From NCBI GenBank assembly GCA_951406725.2, contig OX597838.1, forward strand, positions 29,140,001 to 29,204,000: a stretch of DNA of 64,000 bases, in the 5' to 3' direction. The position numbers were made by a program, and so were the translations under genes. This document shows, one piece after another, positions 14,171 to 28,583 of the stretch (positions are counted from its first letter, which is position 1; every line of letters starts with the position of its first letter). The notes under the pieces are model-generated. The model did not search any database and had not been told where the DNA came from. It saw nothing but the letters and a program-made list of their open reading frames with translations. Source of the stretch: Octopus vulgaris. Lineage: Eukaryota.

Positions 14171-14459
14171 ACGTACTTATGTGTATACCCTCACAAACAC
14201 ACACATGCATGTATACATACGTATGTATGTATACATATGTATGTATACATATGTATACATATGTATACATATGTATACATACGTATGTATGTATACATAC
14301 GTATGTATACATATGTATACATACGTATGTATGTCTGTAATGACGTATGTAGAATGTGTGTCTGTCTAAAAGAAATTTAGATGCGCAGTCCGTCGCATTT
14401 CCAAATGTAATTAGAGGGGTTTTAGTTATCATTTCTAGCAGTTTGGCCGACCACATACC

Positions 14460-14869
14460 TATTTCTTTACTACCCACAAGCGGCTAAACATAGAGTGGAC
14501 AAACAAGGACAGACAAAGGGATTAAGTCGATTATATCGAATCCAGTGCACAACTGGTACTTATTTAATCGACCCCGAAAGGATAAAAGGCAAAGTCGACC
14601 TCGGCGGAATTTGAACTCAGAACGTAGCGGCAGACGAAATACCTATTTCTTTATTACCCACAAGGGGCTAAACACAGAGGGGGACAAACAAGGACAGACA
14701 TAGGTATTAAGTCGATTACATCGACCCCAGTACACAACTGGTACTTATTTAATCGACCCCGAAAGGATGAAAGGCAAAGTCGACCTCGGCGGAATTTGAA
14801 CGCAGAACGTAGCGGCAGACGAAATACCTCTAAGCATTTCGCCCGGCGTGCTAACGATTCTGCCAGCTC
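14460..14869 (-). mobile_element. SINE family A with tandemly duplicated 3' part, 14-bp TSD
   Basis: Two copies of the body/tail (14460-14640 and 14641-14869). GCCGACCACATACC at 14446-14459 and 14870-14883. Confidence 0.88.
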
Positions 14870-15523
14870 GCCGACCACATACCGGTTTTCAAGTCAGGTG
14901 ATTCGTATTCAGTGTTTTTAGGTGCGCAGATTCCATGCGTGCATATCCGTACGCATGCGCATAATCACAATGCTTATTAAACTACTATATAACTGTACAC
15001 GATAGATATTATAGCCGCGTATTCATTGCTGTCCCCATTTGTCGTAAGAAACAACTGTTGCCTGGCAACAACAGGGTTAGCCATTTCATTACGCGCGTCA
15101 ATTAGTGACTATTTGTCTTTCTGTGCGTGTCGCCCTGTGCGTGTGCGTGTGTACGTGTTTCTGTAAGTAAGTTATCTACGGATATATGCTAGATTCATTG
15201 CATGCATAAATGTGTGGTTAACAGCAGACGCAGTATTTAATCCCGAAAGCGATATTGCAAGTTTTTCTCTTTTTTTTCCGAAACTACAATTCATTTGCAG
15301 ATGTGGTTGTGTGATAAAAAGCTTCTTTCCCAACCACATGGTTCCGATTTCAGTCCCATTGAGAGGCACATGGCACCTCGAGCAAGTGTCTTCTACTACA
15401 GCCTAGGGCCGACCAAAGCCTTGTGAGTGGATGATAGACTGAAACTGAAAAAAGCCCTCGTATATCTATCTATCTATCTATCTATCTATCCATCCATCCA
15501 TCCGTCTATCCATCCATCCATCC

Positions 15524-15843
<320 letters not shown>

Positions 15844-15852
15844 ATCTCTCTC

Positions 15853-15900
<48 letters not shown>

Positions 15901-15901
<1 letters not shown>

Positions 15902-16927
15902 TATTTCGATTCCAACCGTATTGGAGCATCTGAAACAAATCGGCAAGATAAAGAAGCTGGACAAGGTATCACACGAACTGAACAAGAATCAAATAACATG
16001 TCTTAAAAATTGCTATTTTTTGCTGTCGCGACATAAAAGCGAACCAATTTTGAAACGTATTGTTATGTGTGATGAAAATGGATTCTTTTCAACAATAGCA
16101 AGCGACCTGCACGGTGTTTGGATAGAGACGAAGTGCCAAAACACAATCTGAAAGAGAATATTCACCAAGAAAAGCTAATGGTGTCTGTTTGGTGGTCCAG
16201 CACTGGTGTCATCCACTACAGCTTCAGGAGACCTGGTAAGTCAATTACAGCAGATGTATACATCAACCAATTGGATGAAATGATGGGTGAACTTGCGATT
16301 AAACAACCGAGATTGGTCAATAGAGACAGGCCAATTCTCTTGCAGGACAATGTTCGATCACATGTTGCACAAAGAACACTACTCAAATTGCAAGAACTGA
16401 AGGGAAAGTTTACGAAAATAAACAAAAGACGAAGGTAGGTGGAGTACAAACAAACAAATGTATTAGTATAGCGCTCAGGAATAGAAAAAGTCTTTTACGT
16501 TTCGAGCCTACGCTCTTCGACAGAAAGATACACAGAAAAAAACAAGGAGAGAAAAGAAGGAGAGATAAAAATGCGTGTAGTAGCTAACGATCTATCATGG
16601 CGTCTTGGAAGTACTCTCTCACCCACTATATTCACCAGATCTTGCACCAACTGACTATCATGTTTTCCAGGCATTAGACAACTTTTTGCACGGAAAAAAC
16701 TTCAAAGTTGAAGACGATGCAAAAACAGTCTTTCGTAATTTCATCACCTCTTGCTCTCCAGAATTCTTTCGCTGGCGGCATAAATAATCTATCGATAAAA
16801 TAGCAAAATTGTGTTGATAATTTAGGTGCATACTTGATTAAGTGCATCTCTCTCTTTTTTTTTTTTGAGATAAAATAAAATAAACTTTCGATTCAAAATC
16901 GGACATTTCAGTCTTAATGACCTCAGG

Positions 16928-16929
<2 letters not shown>
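15901..16929 (+). pseudogene. Decayed mariner (DD34D) transposase, 5'-deleted, probably cecropia/Hsmar1-like
   Basis: Frameshifted peptides (W)VSHEL, IVMCDE, SVWW, ILLQDNVRSH, HPLYSPDLAPTDYHVF. Probable right TIR ends ...AATGACCTCAGG-TA near 16929. Interrupted at 16400-16604. Confidence 0.92.
16400..16604 (-). mobile_element. About 205-bp PLE-derived mini-element with hammerhead-like motif (16491-16528), inserted in the mariner ORF
   Basis: Near-identical reverse complement of 18561-18765. It splits the transposase between LQEL and LEVLSH. Confidence 0.85.
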
Positions 16930-16959
<30 letters not shown>

Positions 16960-17037
16960 TGTATGTATGTATGTATGTATGTATGTATGTATGTATGTAT
17001 GTATGTATGTATGTATGTATGTATGTATGTATGTATG

Positions 17038-17094
<57 letters not shown>

Positions 17095-17519
17095 ATATAT
17101 ATAATATATATGTATGGATGGATGGATGTACGTATGTATGTATGTATGTATGTACGTATGTTTGTATGTATATATATGTATGTATGTACATATATATATA
17201 TATATATATATATGTACATACATATATATACATACAAATATATGTATATATCTGTGTGTAGGTATGTGTGTATGTGTGTGTATGTGTCTGTTTGTCCACA
17301 CTCTCAACGCTTGACAACTGGTGTGGGTGCATTTACGTCCCCGTAACGTAGCGGTTCGGCAAAAGAAATCCGATAGAATAAGTGCTAGGCTTCAAAAAAT
17401 AAGTCCGGGGTCGATTTGTTCGACTAAAACCCTTCAAAGCGGTGCTCCAGGATGGCCGCAGTCAAACGACTGAAACAAAAATAAAACATATGTAAGTGTA
17501 CATCTCTTATCTTTAATGC

Positions 17520-17737
17520 TTCACTTGTTTTGTTCATTAGACTGCGGCCATGCTGGGGCACCGCCTTGAAGAAGTTTTAGTCGAATGAATCGCTTCCAAT
17601 ACCCTTTCAGTTTTTCTTTTCTCTTTTCTTTTTAAAGACTCGTACTTATTATATCGGTCTCTTTTGCTGAACTGCTAAGTTGCGGGGACGTACACACACC
17701 AACACCGGTTGCCAAGTAGTGGCGGATAGCAAACACA
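17520..17737 (-). mobile_element. SINE family B 3' half
   Basis: GACTGCGGCCATGCTGGGGCACCGCC...GGTCTCTTTTGCTGAACTGCTAAGTT. Confidence 0.8.
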
Positions 17738-18497
17738 TGTAACCGATTAGCCGCTACCTATCAAATATTATACCTTGCTGTACCTGTAGTAAAATAAAGA
17801 TTATTATTGTTGTTGCTGTCGATGTTAGCGCCCCCACTCAACCATCTTTCATCAAAAGTAATTTCGCCAATGCAATCCCATCACTTCTTCTTCAGACATA
17901 GTATATCGAAGGCTACATTATCCAATGTGCTCTTTCTCTTAAAAAAAAGAGAAAGAAATGGTTGGGTTTGACCTGATGATTTGACTATGCTTCTTAGCAG
18001 ATCGAGCGACTGACCAGAAGCATTCGTGTTGGCTACTTTTAGCTTGGTATCTAGAAATGTTTGCTAAACGTCGATGTTCACTTCATGACCGGAAGTCTGC
18101 GGTAACACACAATGTTGTCTCATGGAGATTCTGTAACCGGAAGGCAACGGGAGGCTGTATTATATTTGCCTGTTATACGGTAACGAACTATCTAGACATC
18201 CTGTAATCGAAACCAATATCGATATTTAATCTCTAGACCGGAAATCAACGCTGATGTTATGCTAACTTATAATATCGAGAACCGGAAGTCATTGCAAATT
18301 GTAATTTTAATTTGCTACGGAACCAGAGTTTTCTGTCAGACAGAATTTAAGTAGTAAGAAATGTCTAGAATATGATCTGGACACGATATTGATTTTAAAG
18401 TAGTGAACGTAATACAGTGATATTTGTACATACATAAATATGTTGAGTATGCGTGCGTGTATACATACATGCACCTACATATCTATACACACACTTG

Positions 18498-18559
<62 letters not shown>

Positions 18560-18560
18560 A

Positions 18561-18765
18561 GGACGCCATGATAGATCGTTAGCTCCTACACGCATTTTTT
18601 CTCTCCTTGCTTCTCTCCTTGTTTTTTTTCTGTGTATCTTTCTGTCGAAGAGCATAGGCTCGAAACCTAAAAGACTTTTCTATTCCTGAGCGCTATACTA
18701 ATACATTTGTTTGTTTGTACACCACCTGCCTTCGTCTTTTGTTTATTTTCGTAAACTTTCCCTTT
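18561..18765 (+). mobile_element. PLE-derived mini-element copy with hammerhead-like motif (18637-18675)
   Basis: GACGCCATGATAGATCGTTAG...CTTT-CTGTCGA-A-GAGCATAGGCTC-GAAAC...AACTTTCCCTT followed by (TA)n. Confidence 0.85.
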
Positions 18766-18983
18766 ATATATATATATATTCTTGAGCAAAACGACTCATC
18801 TCACGTTACTCTAGTCCACTGATATGTAAATGATGTGAGGAGTACGGATCCGCTCCCCTGGCCAGCGGGGTAGCATCATTCGAAAGCTAAAATAATGCCA
18901 AGCGCTCTTAACCACTACGCCATATGTTAGAGTTGGAAAGTAATCTTCTCAAACATACAAATACACCATATAAATATATACGT

Positions 18984-19380
18984 AGGGGCAGGGGTGGCTG
19001 TGTGATATGAACCTCGCTTCCCAACCGCATAGTTCCGGGTTCAGTCCCACTGCGTAGACCTTGCGCAAATGTCTTCTAATGTACCCTCTAGCCGACCGAA
19101 GCCTTGCCAGTGGATTTGGTAGACGGATACTGAAAGAAATCCGTCGTGTGTTTTTGTATCTGTTTTTGTATTTGTTCCCCCACCATCGCCTGACAACCGA
19201 TGATGGTGCATTTGCGACCCCGTAACTTTGCGGTGCGGGATATGAGACCGATAGAATAAGGACTAGACGTACAAAGATCAAGTGCCGAGATCGATTTCTT
19301 CAACAGAAATACCCTTTAAGGTACTGCTCCAGCATAGCCGGAGTCAAATGATTGAAGCAAGTAAGAGAATAAAAGAATAC
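18984..19380 (+). mobile_element. SINE family B, diverged full-length copy
   Basis: Head GGGGTGGCTGTGTG...GGTTCAGTCCCACTGCG through tail CTCCAGCATAGCC...AAGTAAGAGAATAAAAGAATA. Confidence 0.85.
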
Positions 19381-19512
19381 ATATATATGTGTACATATAC
19401 ACCCGCACAAATATATGGAAAATACACACACACACACATCTGTGCATATAATCTCTGTATACTTCCTTCTTTGCTTGTCTCTCTATCTGTTTTTCTTTCT
19501 CTGCTTCCCTTA

Positions 19513-19570
<58 letters not shown>

Positions 19571-19605
19571 ATATATGTACATATATATATATATGTACAT
19601 ATATG

Positions 19606-19703
<98 letters not shown>

Positions 19704-19854
19704 TGTACATATATATATATATATCATACATATATAAATATATGTGTATATACATATATAAATATACTTACATGTATATACATATATATGTTTATATATA
19801 TGTATGTATATAAAGAATACATATATATATATATCATACATATATATACGTATA

Positions 19855-19932
<78 letters not shown>

Positions 19933-20878
19933 GTACGATGTTTATAGGCATATATGTCTACACACATATGTATTCATATATGTGTGTGTGCATGTGTTTA
20001 TGCGTGTGTGTATGTATATGTATATCTCAGTGTGTGCGTCTATGTTTGCATATATGTGTGTGTGTATGAGTGTGTGTGTATGAGTGTGTGTGTGTGTGTG
20101 TGTGTGCATGAGTGTGTGTGCGTGTGTCTTCTAGTGTGTGAAAGAAGATGCGTTAAAAACGTTCTCGAGCACGATTCGGCCAAACAAAGACAAAGAGGAT
20201 TATGTAAACTAAATACTACACAAGCTTAATTCTTGATTTATTTGAAATTACCTCGGCTTAGAGAGAAGGTAAACAAATACCTAGCGGTGAAAGTTACCGA
20301 TGCCGAATGAAAAGCTGAGACACTCTCCGGAAATCAAGATTTTGTTTTTCATTTTGTCTCATGTCATTAAGGAAATAACCTTCAGAGGCAAGAACATCGC
20401 ACGAGATGGACGTGTCCAACAGACTCACGAAAATCTGTAATCGCGTGAAGCTGGGTCAAACTGTCATTAATACATGGAAACCCAGCGAGATGTATTGAGT
20501 GCTACTTTCTTTCGTTTGTTCACTCACTTGTGTGGGTGTGTGGTTAAGAAGCTAGCTTTGAACAGCATCAGGGTTTGGGGTTCAGTCCCCCTGCTTGATA
20601 GCTTGGGCAGTTAACTCCTACTACAACCCCTGGCAGAAAAATGGCAAGCGAGTTCATTTGGTATACAGAAACTATGTGGAAGAACTTCATATACATACAT
20701 ATATACATACATACATACGTACGTACATACATACACACATACATACATACATACATACATACGTACATACATACATACATACATACATACATACATACAT
20801 ACATACATACATACATACGTACATACATACATACATACATACATAGATACATACATACATACATGCATGCATTTTTTT

Positions 20879-21121
20879 ATGGCTGCCCCCTCTTTATCGA
20901 GTATGGCCATTGCACGAAGCTTAACTGTTATTGGTGCTGTGATCGAATGTGACTTTTTAGCCCAGTTAAAGATCTACAATGTCTTGTACAGAATTGGCAA
21001 CTAAAACATTTACCGGTAATAGCCAGCTGTAGTTGTAACTGGGCTTCATGTACCTTTGCATGTCGTGTAAGTCCTCCTGCCGAATTACACTCTCTTCCAC
21101 ATGCCCGACAGATATGATTAG
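20879..21121 (-). mobile_element. RTE LINE extreme 3' fragment (two C2H2-like fingers, 3' UTR, (ATGT)n tail)
   Basis: HICRACGRECNSAGGLTRHAKVH...CQFCTRHCRSLTGLKSHIRSQ, then a short UTR running into the (ATGT)n array. Confidence 0.7.
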
Positions 21122-21219
21122 TATGCATACATACATGCATGCATACATACATACATACATACATACATACATACATACATACATGCATACATACATACGT
21201 TCGTACGTACGTACGTACG

Positions 21220-21255
<36 letters not shown>

Positions 21256-21386
21256 TACATGCATACATGCATGCATACATACATACATACATACATGCAT
21301 GCATACATACATACATACATACATGCATACATACATACATACATACATACATACATACATACATGCATACATGCATACATACATAC

Positions 21387-21429
<43 letters not shown>

Positions 21430-21435
21430 CATACA

Positions 21436-21467
<32 letters not shown>

Positions 21468-21536
21468 AGAATTTTTTGCGTAATAAGATAAAAAAAACCC
21501 AGGCTGTATAGAAATTAGAGCATTTATGGATAGAAG

Positions 21537-21588
21537 GTCTTACAGCTGTTTCTAGGATATTAATTAATAATAACCTTTCATCGGAGAC
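21537..21588 (-). ncRNA. Minimal hammerhead motif, U4C variant
   Basis: GUCU-CCGAUGA-A-AGG...CCU-A-GAAAC-AGCU-GUA/AGAC: 4-bp stem I, palindromic ACAGCUGU stem III. Confidence 0.65.
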
Positions 21589-21689
21589 GGTGTGAGAGGA
21601 AATATATATATATATATAATTTATGAACGAAATGGCAAGTTTGAATATAGTAAAATCAATTTATTTACATACCTGTCGATTACTTAAAT

Positions 21690-21774
21690 CCTACGATCGT
21701 TTCAATATCCTCCTTCAATTATTTTAGAATTAACAATTGCATTATGAATTCAGAAGGCAGAGATCTCTTCAGGG
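21690..21774 (-). ncRNA. Hammerhead-like motif, weak stem I
   Basis: CC-CUGAAGA-GAUC...CCUUC...GAAGG...UAUU-GAAAC-GAUC-GUA/GG, with palindromic ACGAUCGU. Confidence 0.55.
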
Positions 21775-22561
21775 CCATAATAGACATATTTCTCTTTACA
21801 TCCTTAATAGATTGAGTGTTCATTATAGACTAAGATAGCAGCATGCATTTTGTGTATGCGTGTGTGTGTGTTAGCATTTTCGGTTTTAAGCTTAATTGTC
21901 GTATGTGTCTCCTTTCTCTGTGTGTGCGTGTGTGTGTGTGTGTAAGGTTATTTGTCTTTGGAGCTGTGTTCTAAAAATAGCCAAAACTTAAAGCTTGACG
22001 ATAGCTGGACAACGGCTAGCTCACCCTTGGAGAATCTTGGTCAAATACTACTACCATTCCCCAAAGTAATTAATATTGGTTTTTAGAGTGTAGATGCTGT
22101 TTTACTCTCTACCTACTTGCCGAAGGAAAAACATATACAACCTATACACTTATATACTTATTTATTTGTTAGTATCCTGATCAAATTATTTTATTTCTAT
22201 TTATATTATAATTAAATTTAGAGGATTTTCATCTAATTTTATAATGTAATATTTTCTATTTTCTAGGTTTATTAGTTTCGTTTGTATTTAGAGCTAATAT
22301 ATATTTTCTTACTAATTGGTATCTATTTCAATAGGGCCCTAATATTCTATGTACCACGTGTGCAGGGCTACATTTTAACTAGTGGTTTTCTATCTATTGG
22401 TGAATGTACGTTTCACTATAAGATTTATTCCTACGAATATTTAATTTAATTAATTTTCTCATAGTGATTACTTATATGTAATTCATTTAACATGATTAAA
22501 AAATTATAATTATTAAATTTATACATACACACATACGCTCACATTATCTTTAAATCCATAT

Positions 22562-22613
<52 letters not shown>

Positions 22614-22801
22614 ACATACATACATGTAGATATTTCTTTTCAGAATTTGGTCTCTCAACCCAATAATTACTTAATACAATTATTATGTTTATTCAAGTAT
22701 ATCAGCTATCGTATCGGTTACACTTTGTATTCTTCCAGCGAAAATATTTTTTTTATAATCATTCGTTTTAGCTATTGGTTTATTCACATTTTGCCTCTAG
22801 A

Positions 22802-23306
<505 letters not shown>

Positions 23307-24338
23307 ATTTAAGGATTGATGTTTCTCCCTCAGAATCTAAAGAAACAACAAGAAGAGTGCGACTGTTATCGAATCAACAATATTTCGACACTTCGTGTGT
23401 CTTCCACAGGGAGATAGAATAAAAATAAGTACTGCGATTGATTTGTTTATCTAAACGCATCGATGCGTTGCTCCAGCATGACCGCACTCCAATGATCGAA
23501 ACAAATAAACGATGAAAGATACAGATATATTTGTATGACCAGCTTACACACACAAACAAGCATACGCACGTACGTACGCACGCATGCGCACCCACATTAT
23601 TTGATTCTGTGTTTGAAGAATTTCTAATAAGAAATGTTTTGTCTTCTACTATATGTACAATATTGTAACTCCTACTAGTTAATGAAACGTGTGTAATGGT
23701 GTATAAATAAGACTAAAAACTTTTTGCAATTTCCTATATATGTAACGGTGCGATTTACAGCATATATATTATTATAGCCAACAGCTGATGATAGTTCGGC
23801 ATCACAAACGCCTGTGAAAACATCAAATAAACCACACATATAAAAAAAAAAGAATAAGCATTAAAAAAATTTATATTAGATATAGTTCTATCGTTTAGCT
23901 ATGGAGTCTGTTTGTTCGTGACATAAAAATGTTCAAACAGTCTTTTTATTATTTAAGCGTTTCGCCAAATGACGAATATATGTGAAGTCTGCAGCTGTAA
24001 ACTAATAGTTGCTTCTACTCTCTTGCTCTTCCTCTCTCTCTCCCTCTCTGTCACTGACACATACACATATACATACAAAGTCACTCTCACACACATACAG
24101 GTGCACTCGCCCCCGCGCATTTAAACGCTGCTGAGGTGCAGCTGTTCCCGTTTCCGTTCCTTCTTGCAACACTATTACTGTGTAAATAGAGATCAGTCTC
24201 TCCATCGCTCTCTCTCTCTCTCTCCCCTCACCCAGCTCTCTCTCCCCTCACCCCGCTCTCTCTCTCTCCTCATCCCGCGCTTTCTCTCTTCATCCCGCGC
24301 TCTCTCTCCTCATCACGCTCTCTCCCTTTCTCTGCCCG

Positions 24339-24442
<104 letters not shown>

Positions 24443-24445
24443 ATC

Positions 24446-24522
<77 letters not shown>

Positions 24523-24571
24523 ATAAATGCATACATAAATGCACACACACACACGCACACATACACATATC

Positions 24572-24875
24572 AAGGCACTCCGTCGGTTACGACGACGAGG
24601 GTTTCAGCGGAACAACCTTCTCGTGAAATTAACGTGCAAGTGGCTGAGCACTCCACAGACACGTGTATCCTTAACGTAGTTCTCGTGGAGATTCAGCGTG
24701 ACACAGTGTGTGACAAGGAGTGGCTGTGTGGTAAGTAGCGTGCTAACCAACTACATGGTTCCGGGTTCAGTCCCACTGCGTGACATCTTGGGCAAGTGTC
24801 TTCTGCTCTAGCCCCGGGCCTACCAATGCCTTGTGAGTGGATTTGGTAGACGGAAACTGAAAGAAGCCTGTCGTA

Positions 24876-24958
<83 letters not shown>

Positions 24959-25222
24959 CTGTGTTTGTGTGTCTGTGTTTGTCCCCCTAGCATTGCTTGA
25001 CAACCGATGCTGGTGTGTTTACGTCCCCGTCACTAGCGGTTCGGCAAAAGAGATCGATAGAATAAGTACTGGGCTTACAAAGAATAAGTCCTGGGGTCGA
25101 TTTGCTCGACTAAAGGCGGTGCTCCAGCATGGCCGCAGTCAAATGACTGAAACAAGCAAAAAAAAAAAAAGAGAAAGACTGGCCCCTTTGAAATACAGGT
25201 ACAACAGAAACAGGAAGAAAGA
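24572..25222. mobile_element. SINE C fragment (minus; 24572-24716 and about 25178-25222) interrupted by a SINE B copy (plus; about 24716-25158)
   Basis: Both flanks match consecutive parts of the SINE C copy at 49231-49612. The insert matches 40003-40372. Confidence 0.85.
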
Positions 25223-25493
25223 TGGAGGAAGCAGGTTAAGGAGGAGGTCGACACCTTTGAAGGAGCACGTATTCTGTATGAAGAGCTTAAGCATGCTGCC
25301 CGAAAGCGCACTGCTGGTGTAGTGAATGTGGGAAGCTTGGTTTGGAATGTTTGCAGTCGTGTATGCTTGTGAAGAGCAGGGCTCATTAGTCACCAACGGA
25401 GCCGCAAATGCAAAATATAAGTTAGTCCTAGAGCGCACAATGTTCCTTAAGGTCAATAATGGTCGTTCTCGGTCACGAGTGTACGGCCATCAT
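25223..25493 (+). mobile_element. RTE LINE 3' fragment with (ATGT)n tail
   Basis: WRKQVKEEVDTFEGARILYEELKHAARK...VCSRVCL*RAGLISHQR, then UTR ending GGCCATC and (ATGT)n. Confidence 0.75.
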
Positions 25494-25569
25494 GTATGTA
25501 TGTATGTATGTATGTATGTATGTATGTATGTATGTATGTATGTATGTATGTATGTATGTATGTATGTAC

Positions 25570-25785
25570 TCTCCCTTTTTACTCTTTTACTTGTTTCAGT
25601 CATTTGACTGCGGCCATGCTGGAGCACCGCCTTTAGTCGAGCAAATCGACCCCTGGACTTATTCTTTGTAAGCCTAGTACTTATTCTATCGGTCTCTTTT
25701 GCCGAACCGCTAAGTTACGGGGACGTAAACACACAACCATCGGTTGTCAAGCGATGTTGGAGGGACAAACACAGACACACAAACT

Positions 25786-25817
<32 letters not shown>

Positions 25818-25990
25818 CATATATACGACGGGCTTCTTTAAGTTTCCATCTACCAAATCCACTCACAAGGCTTTGGTCGGCCTGAGGCTATAGTAGAAGA
25901 CACTTGCTCAAGGTGCCACGCAGTGGGACTGAACCCGGAACCATGTGGTTGGTTAGTAAGCTACTTACCACACAGCCACTCCTGCGCCTA
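25570..25990 (-). mobile_element. SINE family B full-length copy
   Basis: Reverse complement of the 40003-40372 type, with internal (TA)/(TG) tract. Confidence 0.92.
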
Positions 25991-26329
25991 TGTATGTATG
26001 TATGTAGTTTTCCAATTCTCACTGTACTATTATATATGATCGCAAGAAACGGCCCTCGGTCTCTGGAAGGATAATGCAAAGCTCTTGAAGCAACGACAGA
26101 ACCAGTTGAGAAGAATTCCAGCTGGATCCGGTCCAGGAAGAATGGAAGCGAAGTTCAAAACGCATGATTTACGCTGCAGTCACCTGACACCCACCTTACA
26201 TCGAACTGGTTGCAGCATCCAAGGTACCTTGGCTCTGGGGGTAATTTTACCACCCAAAAAGGCAATACAGACCCACAATGCGGCATCAGAAGGGTATCCT
26301 GGACCCATGACCTGAATGCAGCTCGGTCC

Positions 26330-26563
26330 GGCTAAACACAGAGGGGACAAACAAGGACAGACATAGGTATTAAGTCGATTATATCGACCCCAGTGCGTAA
26401 CTGGTACTTAATTTATCGACCCCGAAAGCTTTGCCTTTCATCCTTTCGGGGTCGATAAATTAAGTACCAGTTACGCACTGGGGTCGATATAATCGACTTA
26501 ATACCTATGTCTGTCCTTGTTTGTCCCCTCTGTGTTTAGCCCCTTGTGGGTAATAAAGAAATA
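26330..26563. mobile_element. SINE A 3' part with perfect 99-bp inverted duplication
   Basis: 26330-26428 is the reverse complement of 26443-26541. GGTCCGGCT at 26325-26333 and 26564-26572. Confidence 0.9.
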
Positions 26564-26925
26564 GGTCCGGCTCAGCCCGTTTGAAGGGTAAATATTTAAG
26601 GTCTGAAATACTTTGCATGAATGAAGCGAGGGTTTCTCTGAAGACCCCTAGAGTTGTTCAGCTCCCTTAGAGTTTTTTTTTACTCCTATGTACACTAATT
26701 CAAGCAGAACAAACGTCTCTTTAGCAAGTTTCATCTCTTCCTATCTTCTCCAGCATAGGTCAACGCTGAAAAGGAAAGATACGGGTTGATCCGTTTCTTT
26801 CTCAGAGCTTGAGAGATTTCTCCTGCTCAGTTCTTTCACAAAGCAATATACAAACGCCAAATAGACGTCCAAATAGAATTAAGTGGGTGATTTCCTTGCT
26901 GCTGCTGCTGCTGCTGTTGTTGTTG

Positions 26926-27014
<89 letters not shown>

Positions 27015-27296
27015 ATCATTATTATTATTATCAATGTTGTTGTTTACATTCTTCTTATTCTTGAATTGGTATGTTTACAAGGCAAAGTGATTGTTTTTCT
27101 TCTCCTGCTCCTGCTCCTACTGCTGCTGCTGCTGCTGTTGCTGCCTCTTCTCCTCCTCCTCCTTCTTCTTCCTCTTCCTCTTTTTCTTCTTCTTCTTCTT
27201 CTTCTTCTTCTTCTTCTTCTTCTTCTTCTCTTTCTTCTATTCTTTCTACGTGGGTGGCGCAACATAATCACTTCGGTTTCGGTTACTATTGATTTA

Positions 27297-27416
<120 letters not shown>

Positions 27417-27648
27417 GAACACTCGGAGAGAGGGGGAGAAATGGAGAGAGAGGGGGAGATAGACAGAGAGAGAGAGAGAGAGAGAAAAAGGGAAAAGATG
27501 AAGATGACGAAAATGAAGTCCATTTTGGCGCAATTTCAATTCTAAAGGAAAAGAAGGTTAAAGAGGGGGAAGTGAGAGAGAGGTGATGAGAGTGAGGGGG
27601 GTGCAGAGAGATTCACTGAATAGCCAATACACACACACACACACACAC

Positions 27649-27716
<68 letters not shown>

Positions 27717-27800
27717 TTATATACATATATGTGTGTATATAAATATTATGAATGAATGTACATATGTATATATGTATGCATGTGTATGTAAATATGTATG

Positions 27801-27832
<32 letters not shown>

Positions 27833-28473
27833 TGTATACACCTAAGAGATGAAAAAGGGAAAAAGTAAAAAAGAGGCGGGAGGAGGAGAAGCGAATAGAA
27901 GCTCTAAGCATGTAATCTTCCATCTTTCTCCCTAATTGTTATTGTTAGAAACAGGAAATTGCATAAAACAGTTGAATTATTGTGTCGACGAGGGAGTGTT
28001 TGCAATTAATGGAATATATGACAGAGCCAGTGAATGAGTGACCGATTGAGAGAATGAGTGACTGAATGTGAGTGATGAATGAGTATTTGAGTAAATGAAT
28101 AGACGAACGTGAATGAGTCAGTAAAGTGAGTGAGTGAATGTGTGGTTGAGTGAATGAAGAAAAGAATGAGAGTTTGAATGAAATGGTGGATGAATGAGTG
28201 GGCGAAAGCAGAAATGAATGAATGAATGTTTGATTGGGTGAAGGAAGAAATGAAAGAGTCGATGAATGAATGTGGGACTCAGTAAGAGGATTGATGAAAG
28301 AGTGCTTGAGTAAATGAATAAATGGACAGGAGAATTTTTATCTGGATTCCTGAAGTAATGAACGAAAGAAATGTTTGAATGAAATATTTGAATGAGCTAG
28401 AAGGTAGATGAGTAAGAGACTGATTGGGGGATTGATTGCATTAATTTAACTAAATACAACAACAACAACAACA

Positions 28474-28520
<47 letters not shown>

Positions 28521-28539
28521 CAACAACAACAACAACAAC

Positions 28540-28583
<44 letters not shown>

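Noticed and set aside
20928-21380. Apparent C2H2 zinc-finger gene
   Set aside because: The fingers match RTE C-terminal type, are followed by a short UTR and repeat tail, and the start of the ORF is microsatellite.
23780-23825. CTGATGA core
   Set aside because: No correctly placed GAAA and NUH with supporting stems.
28020-28400. GAAT/GAGT-rich tract
   Set aside because: Ordinary decayed tetranucleotide repeat.
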